A stretch of DNA of 64,000 nt from assembly GCA_964252035.1 (NCBI GenBank), contig OZ176200.1, one strand, 5' to 3'. Each line of letters starts with the position of its first letter. Position 1 is the first letter of the stretch. The notes beneath the pieces are model-generated. The model ran no database searches. It was not told the DNA's origin and saw only the letters and a program-made list of their open reading frames with translations. Position numbers and translations under genes: made by a program. This document shows, piece by piece, positions 39,135 through 51,857 of the stretch. The DNA comes from Podarcis erhardii (Eukaryota).

Positions 39135-39815
39135 ATGTCTGCACTGCGAAGGAAATTTGGGGACGACTACCAGGTAGTGACCACCTCGTCCAGTGGCTCC
39201 GGCTTCCACCAGCAGCAGGCGTCGGCGCACAAGAAGAAGCGCCAGCGGTTTGTGGACAAGAACGGCAGGTGCAACGTTCAGCATGGCAACCTGGGCAGCG
39301 AGACGAGCCGCTACCTGTCGGACCTGTTCACCACCTTGGTGGACCTCAAGTGGCGCTGGAACCTCTTCATCTTCATCCTCACCTACACGGTGGCCTGGCT
39401 TTTCATGGCCTCCATGTGGTGGGTCATTGCCTACATGCGAGGTGACTTGAACAAAGCCCATGACGAGAAGTACACTCCTTGCGTGGCCAACGTCTACAAC
39501 TTCCCCTCCGCCTTCCTCTTCTTCATTGAGACAGAGGCCACCATTGGTTATGGCTACCGATACATTACGGACAAATGTCCGGAGGGCATCATCCTTTTCC
39601 TGTTCCAGTCCATCCTGGGTTCCATTGTGGATGCATTTCTCATTGGCTGCATGTTCATCAAGATGTCCCAACCTAAGAAAAGGGCAGAGACGCTGATGTT
39701 CAGCGAACATGCTGCCATCTCCATGAGAGATGGCAAGCTCACCCTCATGTTCAGGGTGGGCAACCTCCGCAACAGTCACATGGTCTCTGCACAGATCCGC
39801 TGCAAACTCCTCAAA
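39135..39815 (+). CDS. KCNJ3: Kir3.1/GIRK1 coding exon 1 (227 codons: N-terminus, TM1, pore, TM2, start of cytoplasmic domain)
   Basis: ATG at 39135 translates [23 protein letters not shown]...[20 protein letters not shown]...[10 protein letters not shown]...[18 protein letters not shown]...[27 protein letters not shown]...AQIRCKLLK, the Kir3.1 N-terminus with the TIGYG filter (GYG starts at 39546). It ends at donor AAA|GTAAGT (39815/39816). Confidence 0.98.
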
Positions 39816-42800
39816 GTAAGTTTAAGGCTCTCTTTCTTGCCATCACTTCTAACCACACATGCATGTTCCTCTCTATGTTTCACCTTTTTTCCAAGTTTGC
39901 ACTCTACACCTTTCTTCATTAAACAAGATTTCATTGAAGCATTCATGCCTCCACTTTTGCCTTTTGCTCACCCCTTACGGTGTCTCCTTTGCCTCCATGC
40001 AGTCTTCTGTACTTTTAAGTTTGCTGGATCTGCTTTGCTTTTTCATTAGAAGCTCAAGGTCTACCAACCAGGGCCAGGTGCTGAGACATATAGTTTAAAG
40101 GAAAGAACAGGGTGCCTCTGCTCATATCGTTTTGAGCCTTGGAATTTGTTTTCAGTACCAGAGCTCATAGTCATTTCAGACAGAAGCCCACTCCTCAATA
40201 GCTTTCTTCATTTAAGCTGCTTAAATGAAGGGGGAAAGTCATTTTGTTGCTGCTGTTAAGCAATGAGAGTAAGAAACTTTTGCAATCAGATTTCAAATCT
40301 ACTAGCAGATCCCGATCAATCTACTTTCTGCCCACCCTATGGAGATCTCTCGGCACTTCCCTTCCTTGGTTTTCCAGCTCTAGTGCAGTTGCATTGTCAT
40401 TTCTCATCAGTTCTCTTCCGCGAATATCCTCCCTGTCTGTGGTTCCTTCCACTATGTAGTCCCTATAGCACTGTCTCTCATTCCCCTTTAAAAAAGCATG
40501 AATTCCTTCATATCTTCCCCAGTTCTCAGGGCATACCCCCTTTCCACAGTCATATTCCAAAAAACTGGAATTAGCAATAAACTCTTTGAGACATCCAGCC
40601 TTTAAATCAAGACTTTCTCCTACCCTCTTCTTTTTGTAGTACTGTGTGAAACAGCCCACTAGCATGTTACATTTTAAAAATTCTTTAAATTCATTAAACC
40701 ACCTGTTCTTATAAGTAAAATGGAAAGATGGTTGCTCTCTGGAGCTTAATAGAACAATGTGTTTTTCAGAGTTCAGTCCTTCAATTGAAAATATTGATCA
40801 CCCCCACATCATAAAGGTCAACTGAGTTCAGTGGAGGTTTCACTTTAGGAGTATGAGTGACAGATAGTGATGTCATATATACCTTCGAAGGACTCATTTT
40901 TTCTACATCCAGAATATTGCTTTGCCTCTGTCTTAAGACTAATCAGATAAACAGAATCCACAATCTAGAGTCGCTCCAATAGCCTCAAGTCAAAATAATA
41001 TTCTCCACCGGCCACATCTATGTACATAGTTAGCTTGCTTAAATGTATATCATGTGATTTGAATATTCTAAAGCACCATGTAGATGCATTATCATCACTG
41101 TCCTTGGGGGTCTGTGTACAGGAGTATAGCTACAGCCTTTTAAACACCCAGTTAAAATACTGTCTGTACTGTACTTGGTTATATAATATCAAATAAGGGC
41201 AGTTCATGCCACCGAGGCTTTGTGAGATGCCGTGCTGCCTATCTCCTAATTGTTGGGACTGCTCTATAAGCTCTCATGCTCCTCCCTTCCCTTTGTGCAT
41301 GAGGGATAATAGTTCTTCCTTCCTTTCCATTTTGGAGTTAACTACAGTTAGTGTTACACCTGTTGTGGCATTTTTACTACCCTGAATTAGTGCCAAACCT
41401 CATTTTGCAGTCGGGATTAGAGGCAGGTTTGCAAACTGTTTGGGCTAACTATGGCTAGAGTGAATACTGGTGGAGAAATGAATGCTAAGCTTAGTGTGGA
41501 GGTGATTAAAAAATAGATTAATGATGAAAGACTATTGTGACAATAAAACAAAGAGCTCTTTGCTGAGAGGGACATGTTCTGCTCTGGTTTTGTAATTTTT
41601 TGAAGGCTGCTGTAACCAAAATTTTTTTTTCCATTCTGCTAGGTTTTTTCCCAAACACTCTTTCAAGACTTTGTGGTGGAGGCTTAATGGGTCTGACAGT
41701 CTTATTGCATTTTAAGTTTATGGAGATAACACTGACTTCACTGGGACTCTCATTGTGGGTACTAGTGTCACTCATGAATGGAGATTGTGAAGAGAAAGTT
41801 CCATATAGGTTCGAGTAGGTTGCCCACGTTGCTTTTTAGCACTGTGGGCTAGATGGGACTTTTATTAATAGTAATTAAATCCAGACCCCTAAAAATCAGC
41901 GCAACATCTCAAGAGTGAAGAAGTTCAAAACATTGAGAAAGAGGTCAACAATAGTTAAACATTTGTGCGCTCAAGGAGTCACTGGTTCGATGAAACTTTT
42001 AGTGACACGCCTAGTTCTTAATTGATTGAATAATGAAAAGTAAATTATAATAAATTTAGGAAATTGGACCATGACATAGCATACCCTAAGCTATTATTTA
42101 TTAAAAGATGACGCGAAGCTACCCTTAGCTGCATTAGGATAAAATTCATAACTGTGATAAAAAATGCATGAAGAACTATTGCAGCTTTTCCTACCAAGAC
42201 ATACTTAAAAAAACAACAACCTGGAAATTTCCATTAATAAGCATTGTAGTCATAACTCTCCAGCTTCCATGTAGAGAAGTAGTTTTTTATCAGTAATGTA
42301 AATCAGTAAACTAAATTGCAGGTTCAGTATCCTCATTAGTATTTGTCTAGAGGGCACCGACATATACCACAGAATGGACTTTCATTATTAGGCTGTAATA
42401 ACCAATTATGAAGTACAGATGATGGAATTTAGCACAACCCTGAATTTAAATTAATTATTTCCCCGAGTTCTGATTTGCATCGCACACCAATTAGCATGCT
42501 GATTGATACATTATGAAGTTGCTCCTTTCTATAACATTGAGATGTCTCTGCATATGATTTACTAGACAGCTGAAGCAGCTTTTTAGGGTTAGACAGTCGC
42601 TTAGAAAATGCGATCAACTTTATACTTCGCAGCTACATAGCTGTGTAGTGTACGCTTGTCCAGTGAGTAGATTTGTTTCAGAATATCTTTAAGAATATAG
42701 TCATTTTAACTTTTCTGCTATCGTGTGTGGGTGGGGGAAAAAGGGATTTAGACCAAAAGCATTAAGAATTTAATGTTGTATTTTAAATGTGTACAATATC

Positions 42801-43388
42801 TATCTATCTATCTTTCATAGTATGTGCTGTGTCCGTTAACACAGAACGATAGTTGCACAATGTCATGCTTGTGTGTGAAAGCTGAATTGCTGGACAGCCC
42901 CAAGAAAAGAAAATGGTAAATTGTGGATGACATACTTTAGGGTGGAGTAAAGAATTTGCTTAAGAAGCATCACAGTAAATTCAATAAAGTGAAATCTAGA
43001 TCCAGTGTCAAAGTGGCAGATATCTTTCTCCCCATCTCTTGACTACAGAGAGCAAAGTGATATATGTTTGTTGAAAATAATTTGATGTTGAACAAATTAG
43101 GATTTGAAGGACATCATATTTGGAAAAGTTAGCATAGAATATACATCTGTTTTACAAGTATGAGATCTCAAAGGAACCCAGTCAATCATCTTAAGGTTCA
43201 GTTCATACTCTCTCTCTCTCTCTTTTAATAAAGAAAACACTGCCATGTTGGTGAAGCAAGGTTCAGAAAACATGAATCGCAGTGAATGGCACCTTAATTT
43301 GGGTGGTATAGTTTGTGAACCTAGGTATTAACAGTAGATGAAGAGAGAGATTCACCCTAAAGGGCCTGACTTAGAAAGTAAATTGCAT

Positions 43389-43478
43389 CATAGCTGTCAA
43401 CTTTTCCCTTTTCTTGCAAGGAATCCTATTCGGAATAAGGGAATGTCCCTTAAAAAAAGGAAAACGTTGACAGCTATG
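43389..43478. mobile_element. Palindromic hAT MITE (90 bp)
   Basis: Perfect 13-bp TIR catagctgtcaac/gttgacagctatg; perfect TSD aattgcat (43381-43388, 43479-43486). Confidence 0.88.
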
Positions 43479-44097
43479 AATTGCATACAGGGAGAGAGAT
43501 GGAGCATTGCAGTGGGGTTAGTTCTATTTTATTCTAAAACATATTTATGTGTTCTAAAATTTATACCCAATCAGCAATTCAGGAATGGCTTTAATTGGTG
43601 GGTTCTCTTATTCACACCCTTGTGAAATAAATAGGGCCAGGCAAGGATACGGCAATGTTCACACACTGTTGTCGTTCAGTTTGGTGGGGTTTCCCTTGAA
43701 GTTAAAACAATGTGGAAAGAAAGAAACTAAGTTCCCCAGGAATGCTATTAATGAAAATAGTTGAGTTGTATCCAAATATGTCATATTCAGAGTATGACAG
43801 AGCAGTCCTAAGTTCCCCATTTCTGCTTCCTCGTGGATAGGTTGCTGGGAGCAGGTGGATTGGGCCAGATCCCTGTGCCAGCTCTAGTCTGGCATAATGA
43901 TCAGGCCCACATTGGCTGTGAGAGCCATTCAGGATCCAGTGGTAGGGACTTTTGCGCTCCATCTAAACCCCTTTGCAGCCTGGCATATGGATGGTGGTGG
44001 TTCAATTGCAGCCTTTTCCATGCACCATTGATTTTAGTGGAACAACTCTGAGTGTGACTTAGCCCAATACAACCCCATGATCAGCTGATATGAACTA

Positions 44098-44252
44098 CAG
44101 GCAGCTCCTCATTTATGCAGAGGTTGTGTTCCAAGGCACTGTACACATTACTCGGATGTGCTAAAGCCCCCGCCCTGCCGCCTTGCAGTTTCGAAAATGG
44201 TGCATGCGCCAGTGGTCATGCGTGTTCCGATTCACACATGGGGAGTTGTCTG
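44098..44252. mobile_element. Tc1/mariner (Tigger-like) MITE
   Basis: TA-flanked; TIR caggcagctcctc versus cagacaactcccc (reverse complement of the right end). Confidence 0.7.
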
Positions 44253-44312
44253 TAGCTTTAGAGCTGCTGTTTTAAAATATTTCAAGCATAGCAGTATGTT
44301 TGGCCAAAAAGT

Positions 44313-44577
44313 TTGGTCAGCAAACTTTTTCAGCAGGGGGCTGGTCCACTGTCCCTCAGACCTTGTGGGGGGGCAGACTATATTTTTTTTTGGGGGGGGG
44401 GAATGAACGAATTCCAATGCCCCACAAATAACCTAGAGGTGTATTTTAAATAAAAGGACACATTCTACTCATGTAAAAACACACTGATTCCCAGACCGTC
44501 CGTGGGCCGCATTTAGAAGGTGATTGGGCCGCATCTGGCCCCAGGGCCTTAGTTTGCCTACCCATGGCCAAAAGCAT
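44313..44577. mobile_element. hAT-type non-autonomous element
   Basis: gcaaactttttcagc start and agtttgcctacccatgg end, with a gggccgcat subterminal motif. Confidence 0.6.
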
Positions 44578-45990
44578 CTGCCTAATTAACAATATCTGCT
44601 TATACTGCTGCATGTTAAGTGTAGTTTACGTCCAAGAAAGGGTAGCAAATGTTTCTGAATACAGTTGCTGCCTGATAGCACTAGATGCCGGAAGAAATAG
44701 AAGCAATATTGGAATGAATAGAAACATTCACCAAGGATAGAAAGTGTGGCATGTGGTGGATAGAGTATTTCCTCAGGGTTCAACTTCTCACTGATTCATA
44801 GTCACTGAATATTCTTAGGCATTTCAACAACTTTCAGCCTAACTTATTCACAACATTATAGTGAGAATAACATGGTGTAGCACCCTGTAAAGCATGTCAT
44901 GTCCCTTTTTTAAAAAAACAAATTAATATACCGGTAATAATTGAATATAAATAGAACTGAAAGAAAACGGACAACAAATTCTTAGTCTGAATAACTTCAG
45001 AGATGGGTCAAGGATCATAAGAAGTCCTTCAGCACACACCCTCAAGTAATAATAGTAAAAATAAAAAAGGTAGATGCATCCAGCTATACCCATTCTAGAC
45101 TGTTAGTGTTCACTTTCCAAGTCTCTCTTGTGGTCTTCTCTTGGCTCTTTCCTGCCCAGCACTACTATCTAACCCTTTTTTAGGGTTTCAGGCCTTTCTC
45201 TCTCTTGCAGCTCTTCAATTTTCTGATTTCACGACTAATTTCCCCTATTTCCTTATCTTCTAGTTTGACAGTATTTTTATTTTTCCTGCCAACATTTTAG
45301 GGATGTTGCCAATCAGAAAGGAAATAATTTCTATTTCCCATTAACTGCAAGGTTCCTAGGTTGTGAAGCCTTGTCCCTTCTTTGCAAAGCATCCACCAGG
45401 AAACTTTTGACCTTCCTGTGCTCTACTTCCCCTCTGAACTTTTAACTCTCCTGTGGTAGAGAGCACCTGAAGCAAGAAGGAACCATTTCATAGCAACCAA
45501 ATAGAACACAAAATGGTGGAACAGTTTCATTTAGTCACACACTGACACAAATGTTCAAGATCCAGAACCATTCAAGGAATCCTCCCCAATAATGCAGATA
45601 CTGGGCTGGTTCATACAGAAATGCAGAAAAAATTGCTATTGACTCTTGTCCTACAGTGACACAACTAAAAAGGATGTACACACTTTTCTTTTGCTTGTTT
45701 TAGCAACCACAGTATGACACCCAACAATTCTCCAAAGCTCATGAGCTGTTGAACGTTTAATTATAGTAAGATGTATTTATAAATAATTCATGCATGTTCT
45801 GTAATGTTTGGCTCCTTCCCTCCTCCCTTTAAAAACAGCATTTCTGCATGATCTTTTTGTTTGGATTTTCTCTCGGATGATTGATAGCGGGAATTGTTGG
45901 CAAGGATGTGACTTGCTGTCACTCTCTTTAAACTCACTGTATTAGCTTGTGATTTCTCTCTCTCTCTTTCTTTCTTCATGTTTTATATAG

Positions 45991-46207
45991 TCTCGGCAAA
46001 CGCCTGAGGGTGAATTTCTCCCCCTCGATCAACTTGAATTGGATGTAGGTTTTAGCACAGGGGCAGACCAACTTTTTCTTGTTTCGCCACTTACAATCTG
46101 CCATGTGATAGATTCCAAAAGCCCCTTCTATGACCTTTCTCAACGAAGCATGCAGACGGAACAATTTGAGATTGTTGTCATCCTAGAGGGCATCGTGGAA
46201 ACAACTG
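45991..46207 (+). CDS. KCNJ3: Kir3.1/GIRK1 coding exon 2 (217 nt)
   Basis: Pyrimidine tract plus TAG acceptor at 45990, in phase with exon 1. Translates [72 protein letters not shown](G). Donor G|GTGAGT at 46207/46208. Confidence 0.98.
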
Positions 46208-48647
46208 GTGAGTACAGTGATTTCAAAGTTGCTCAAACCACATGTTTCTGTTTAGTTTCAAATATTATTCCTCCCTACCTTGGCACTGAAGACAAATAAA
46301 ACAAAAGGTTATTTCTGAATGTTGATATTGCATTAACACACAGTAGGTTGTACATGAGTAACTGAGTTGACGCTTTGGATTTGCTTTTCCTGCCTCCCCA
46401 AATCCTAGATATAGTATGATAATAGGTTCCTGATAGATCTGTCCTGGGCAGGTGAGGGGAATTCATAGGAATTCTAATTCCAGTATTTTTGTGTGCAGTC
46501 CTCCATATTCCAGAAACACTCCTATAGAGACTTCAGATCAGAATACAGATTACAAAACCACAAATATAGGTCAGAGCTGAGTTGTAATTGTGCAGGGGTT
46601 GTAGAATTGAGCCCCACCCCTTTAGTAATATATTAATTAGGGATTTTGTTGCTGCTACAAGTGAGGAGTCCCAAGTTGTGGTCCTCTGACTGTTTAAAAT
46701 GTTGTGTTGTATTTTAAATTTGTTTTTAGAAACTTGTTTCTAGGTGGTTTTATTGTACTGTAACCTGCTCTGGTGTCATATGATGAAAGGTGGACTAGGA
46801 TTTTTCTTGCAAGTAATTAATTAGCCTCACTTTGTGAAATTTGGCTGGAGGATGTAAGGAATAATAATCTTTTGCATTCACTGTAGCAGATATGGATTAA
46901 TTTTGGGCACAAGTACAACCTTCAAATTATCTGCAGTAGTTAGCTCTGGAACTCCTTACACCAACCTTGCAGGGAGCAAAGGAGTGGGTTCCAGTGCTAG
47001 AGAAAGTTTATGCAAAGCATATTACTACAGATACGTGCTTATTCCTCCAAGCTATATCCTGCTCTGATCAAGGGGAACAGTTTAGAGCCTGTTAGTGCTT
47101 CTTACCCTCTGTTTGGTCTATTCCCACTTGCTTCCTAGTGTGTCAAATATGTTTATGCTAGTACAGCGAATGAGCTCCTCCAGTTATTCTGTGTGTTTTG
47201 TTTCAGTCGAAATCCAGAGTTGTGAGGGCCTCACCAGTTCCGCTTACTTTGGTGGGTTAGGATGTTGCTTGTTTTGTATCCCTGTTCACTTTTTGATAGT
47301 AGGATAAAACAATTCAGACCGTAGTGGAAATGAAAGGCGAAACTGCTGGAGCTCAGAAAACTCATTGGTATGGTTATTAGCAATTGTAGCTGGAGAATTG
47401 AAGTTGAGTGTAGAATAAAAGGCAGCTAATAATAAATCTAATGGAGAAAGGGATGGTACTGTAAGTTGACAGAGACGAAAACAGAAACTGATTGCATGCA
47501 GAAGACGTATACATCGGGTTTCTGTGCTACAGATTGATTTTATTGAATATGTTTCAGAGAACAGAAATGGCAAGTGATATATAGGTAAGGAAGCTCAATC
47601 CAAATTACAATGTGGGTTCATTCAGTGTACATTCATTAAACCAAGAAGGTTTGGAAAGTTAATTTTAGCAGTAAATATAGTAGGCATTCTGATACCTTGA
47701 TGAACTGCTTGCCCCAGAATAGTCATGAGCTTTGCCATTTCCTTCCTTTGAGCGTGGAGACCAAGCATCCTTTAAATGTCTTGACAATGATAGCGTTTAA
47801 CAGTTGCAGTTGTCACCAAGGAAATCCTGATTTATAGTCATGAATATTGTTGGGCAGTTCCAAGGTGGAAGTGGCTGTCATCCCATTGAGCCATTTCTCA
47901 GAGTGGACCTGGTATGGATATGAAAACATCATAAAACAGTGTCTGTAAGCCTATACAGGTACACACTTTACTGGTAATAAGCCCCTATGAAATGTGGGCT
48001 TTTTCTGATTGTACACATAGAGGATTTCACTCTTTAGTTTGCGTAGCAAAGCAACCTAAACCAGATTGTAAAAAACAAGTTAGCAGAAGACAATGTTGGA
48101 GGAGAGTAGTAAATTTCAGTCTCCCAGTAGTTATATTTTCTAGCAAATGCTGTAAGTAGCAGAAATGAGTCAGTTTGAATAGTTTATTCACATTTGTACA
48201 TATGACTTAAAATTGTAAGTCAGTTTGAAGTGCATCACAGTCCTAACATTAATTACAGTATATTAAATAAATCTGATTTTTAGGTTCTAAAAGGCTTTGT
48301 AACAAATGCATCATTGGGTGGCTGTTTCCAAAACAGGGGTTATGGAGAGTTGATAATTAATTTAAAACTTAAGGAATCTGTATTTAAGCAACCCTTAAAT
48401 CAGCCGTGGGAATCCTAGCCTATGAGGCTGTTTTCCCCAAACCATGACCACCTGATGTCATATGTAACCTCAGGCAGCTAAGGACATGATTGGGATCAGC
48501 TGCACTGAATAGTTCCTTGTTAGGGAATGACCAGTGGTCTGAGATTATGGGACTCCTATTCCAGCAACATTTAGAAGGCCAGGGGTTGTCCACCACTGTA
48601 TTAAAAGGTATGAAGCAGTTTTCATTATTTCAGATTTGTGATTCTAG

Positions 48648-49270
48648 TTTTGTTTTGTTTTATTGAGTTTTATAAACAAGAATAATGTTATACAAATAAG
48701 TAAACCAAGTTTTCTCTTGTCATTTATATATCACAAAGTTAGCGTTATAAATGTGGAAAAATATCTACAACATATGTTTCATTATTAGTGGTCAATGTAG
48801 AAGTTCTTGGTTCATGAATTGGTTTAAACAATTAGGAAGAAGAAAAAAGAAGAGGGGGAGGGGGAATGGTGAGTGGGGTGGGGTTGGGTGGTTATGCTTC
48901 TATCATTCTACTTGGGGTGGGGGTAGTGTCAGCATAACTTGTATGGGTTCTCTTGCTATTCACTTTTTGTATTCACTTCTTGTATTTCCTTGCTATTCCC
49001 TTCTTGTATTTCCTTGGTGGTGAGAGAGGTTGTGGGTGGCTTAGGGTGTGGTCGGTTGTTTTTGGTTGGCTGTAGGGAGAATGGTTTTTGTGTATAGAGA
49101 GGTTGTGGGTGGCTTAGGGTGTGGTCGGTTGTTTTTGGTTGGCTGTAGGGAGAATGGTTTTTGTGTATGAGCAGGGTATGAGTGTGTATTTTTGAATGAG
49201 TATGTATTTTTGAATGAGTGTGTATTTTTTGAATCAGGTTAGCCAGATTGATTCGTATTCTAGTTTTGAT
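48648..49270 (-). mobile_element. Probable L1-like 3' end remnant with internal tandem duplications
   Basis: Minus-strand AATAAA followed by an A-rich tail near 48650; weak LEYESIW ORF-end similarity near 49250. Confidence 0.35.
49023..49168. repeat. Perfect tandem duplication, 2 x 73 bp
   Basis: agagaggttgtgggtggcttaggg...gtttttgtgtat repeated identically at 49023-49095 and 49096-49168. An 18-bp unit x3 follows at ~49180-49234. Confidence 0.95.
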
Positions 49271-49439
49271 GTGCTATGTGTCTACTCAGTAGTAAGCCAA
49301 TGGGGCTTACACCAAGGTTTAGGCTGTAGCCTAACGAAGCGTAAGTCACCATGCCAGTGTGGTATAGTGGTTAGAGTGTTGGACTAGGATCTGGAAGTCT
49401 CAGGTTTAGAAACCCACTCAGCCATGAAATTCACTGAGT

Positions 49440-50125
49440 AAAGGTAAAGGGTAAAGGACAGTGTTCAAAACTCCCATTGTTCTAGGCACATTTTGCGACA
49501 GGGAATTTCATTAGCACAAGCAGTTTCTGAGCTCTGAGCGCAGTACTAAGATTTCAGATTAAAACTGCAGAGTGGAAGGACAGAAGCGCCTTTTTCTGCC
49601 TCCCCACTTCCAGCTACTCTCTAAAGACTGGAGAAGAGACCCTCTTAAGAATATTAGGGGGGTGGGCAGGGGAAGGACTAAAGCATGTGAAAAATGAACA
49701 TAATATTTTAGCTGCAGTCCATTCCTTTTCAGCTTTGTATTCGTCTTATAAAAAAAGTGTGACTAGGCATTCCGTTGTTGCACCCATAACCTAGGTTTAA
49801 GGTGCCATTTTGCTCCTTGCTTTCATATCTCAAGTTTCTAAGATTGGTAAAGGACCTTTGGACACAGCTTTTCCAGGCCATGTGGCCAGCATGACTAAAC
49901 CACTTCGGTCGCAATGGAACACTGTGATGGAAACCAGAGCACACGGAAATGCTGTTTACCTTCCTGCCACAGTGGTACCTATTTATCTACTCACACTGGC
50001 ATGCTTTCGAACTGCTAGGTTGGCAGAAGCTGGGACAGAGCAACGGGAGCTCATCCTGTTGCGCAGATTTGAACTGCCAACCTTACGATCGGCAAGCCCA
50101 AGAGGCTCGGTGGGTTAGACCACAG
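49440..50125 (-). mobile_element. Older Sauria SINE, split by a later insertion (pieces 49440-49458 and 49847-50125)
   Basis: (GGTAAA)n tail at 49440; the body (catgtggccagcatgact...ggtacctatttatctac...accacag) resumes after the duplicated gtaaagga. Confidence 0.75.
49459..49846. mobile_element. Putative non-autonomous DNA transposon (hAT-like) inside the Sauria SINE tail
   Basis: Bounded by the direct repeat gtaaagga (49451-49458, 49847-49854) and starts cagtgttc. The right TIR is degenerate. Confidence 0.5.
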
Positions 50126-51591
50126 TTAATCTTGGGTGAGTCATAGTCTCTAAGCTTAACATACCTCTCAGGATTGTTAATAAGGATAAAATAGAGATGG
50201 GACAGAGGGAAACTATGTATGCAACCTTGAGATCCTTGGTGGAAAGGTGAAATATTGATGTAATATAGATGTGTTCTTACATTGACCAGGTCAGTGCCTT
50301 TAAACCCTGACCCAGATTATTGGGGTTGCAATTACACTTCCTGAGCACTTTTTGTTGCATAATTTACACAGAAGTAGATGTACAGTGTAGTCATTGTAGG
50401 ACATTGTCACCTGCATAGTAGTAAACAATTCTTCCAAATTTCAGGCACTTAACATTTACAGTTACCTTTCTGTACATAAAAAAGCAGCCTTGGCAGAGAC
50501 CTATCCCAAGAAAGCAAACTAATTTTTACACGTAGGGTGGTTTTTTTGCACCCATTTCTCTGGTGCTAAAATTAAGAGCTAGGCCTGAACCATGTGATGA
50601 ACAATGGATTATCACACAAAGGTATTTGGAGCAATACCTTTATGTCCATAGCCCTTTATGTCACATCCTAAATTTGCAAATTAATCCTAAAATAGCCTTA
50701 AACTTATTTATTATGTCAGTATTGGGAATATAGTATTGAATTCAAAGCACTACTGCCTCAATACCGCAGAGCATAGGAATGGACTATGGCGTGTAATTCA
50801 AAGACTTCCTGAAACATACAAAAAATAATAATTCAGTGCAGTTACTGGTTAGCATTATTAGTTATTTAGATGATACTAAAGCATAGTGCCTTAAAGCAAA
50901 ATGTAAAATGCATGTAAAATGATCTACAAAGTAGCTCTTAAGGTTTTTGGGAATGGGATAATTTTCTTTCTAATTCATTCCTAAAATATCGCTGGATTAT
51001 AATTCAGAAGTCTTTTAAAACCTTAGCCAGTTTATGTTACATTTCAATTGTTTGCCCCGAGCATGGGGTTATTCAATGAACAAAAGAAATTTTCAAATAA
51101 AGTCCGTAAGAGTTACTCATTCACAAACATTTTTACTAGCCAGGCTGCTCACTTATTCAATGCATGCAACACTGATAATTGAAAAGGGGGGATAGAAAAA
51201 GAGAAGCAACTGTTGCAAAAAAATAAAAATAGAATCTCTGCTTCCTCACCGATCACCTGGAGGCAATTCTTAATCACCAGAGGTAAAGATTTAAGTTGCT
51301 GGGTTGCAACTATAATAATAATGCACAGTAACTGAGAAAAATCTTACCCCAGATCCAATCCATATTTGTTGTCACGCATTGTCTGCTTCTCATTCTGTTT
51401 GTCCACCCTTCCCTTCATGTTCCTGTACTGAATGTACAATTAGCATACAGGTCACGATAAAATGTTATGGGAAAAATGATAAGACATTAATAGCTGAAAC
51501 CTAGGGCTCTGGCAGGTCTGCCAGCAGCCATAGGATTTTGAGGACAGGGGGGCCAGAATCCATGGGCACAGCAGTAGGTCAGTACTGTATA

Positions 51592-51857
51592 CAGTGGTAC
51601 CTCGGGTTACATACGCTTCAGGTTACATACGCTTCAGGTTACAGACTCCGCTAACCCAGAAATAGTACCTCGGGTTAAGAACTTTGCTTCAGGATGAGAA
51701 CAGAAATTGTGCTCTGGCGGCGTGGCAGCAGCAAGAGGCCCCTGCAAGAGGCCCCAGCAAGAGACCTGAAGCTAAAGTGGTGCTTCAGGTTAAGAACAGT
51801 TTCAGGTTAAGTACAGACCTCCGGAACGAATTAAGTACTTAACCTGAGGTACCACTG
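51592..51857. mobile_element. Tc1/mariner (Tigger-like) MITE
   Basis: 18-bp TIR cagtggtacctc(g/a)ggtta, TA TSD, internal short duplications (ggttacatacgcttca x2; gcaagaggcccc x3). Confidence 0.9.

Larger units (their letters stand above)
39816..45990 (+). other. KCNJ3: KCNJ3 intron between coding exons 1 and 2 (6175 bp, GT-AG, phase 0)
   Basis: Canonical GTAAGT...TAG ends join LLK to SRQ in frame. Confidence 0.95.
49353..50266 (+). mobile_element. MIR-like tRNA-head SINE, split (49353-49439 and ~50127-50266)
   Basis: Head ccagtgtggtatagtggttagagtgttggactag...ccactcagccatgaa..cactgagt continues after the nested SINE as cttgggtgagtca...tacctc.caggattgtt...gaaaggtg, with an AT-rich tail. Confidence 0.7.

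Noticed and set aside
38721-39779. 352-aa minus-strand ORF
   Set aside because: Antisense shadow of the GC3-rich KCNJ3 exon 1, running into low-complexity sequence, with no recognisable domain.
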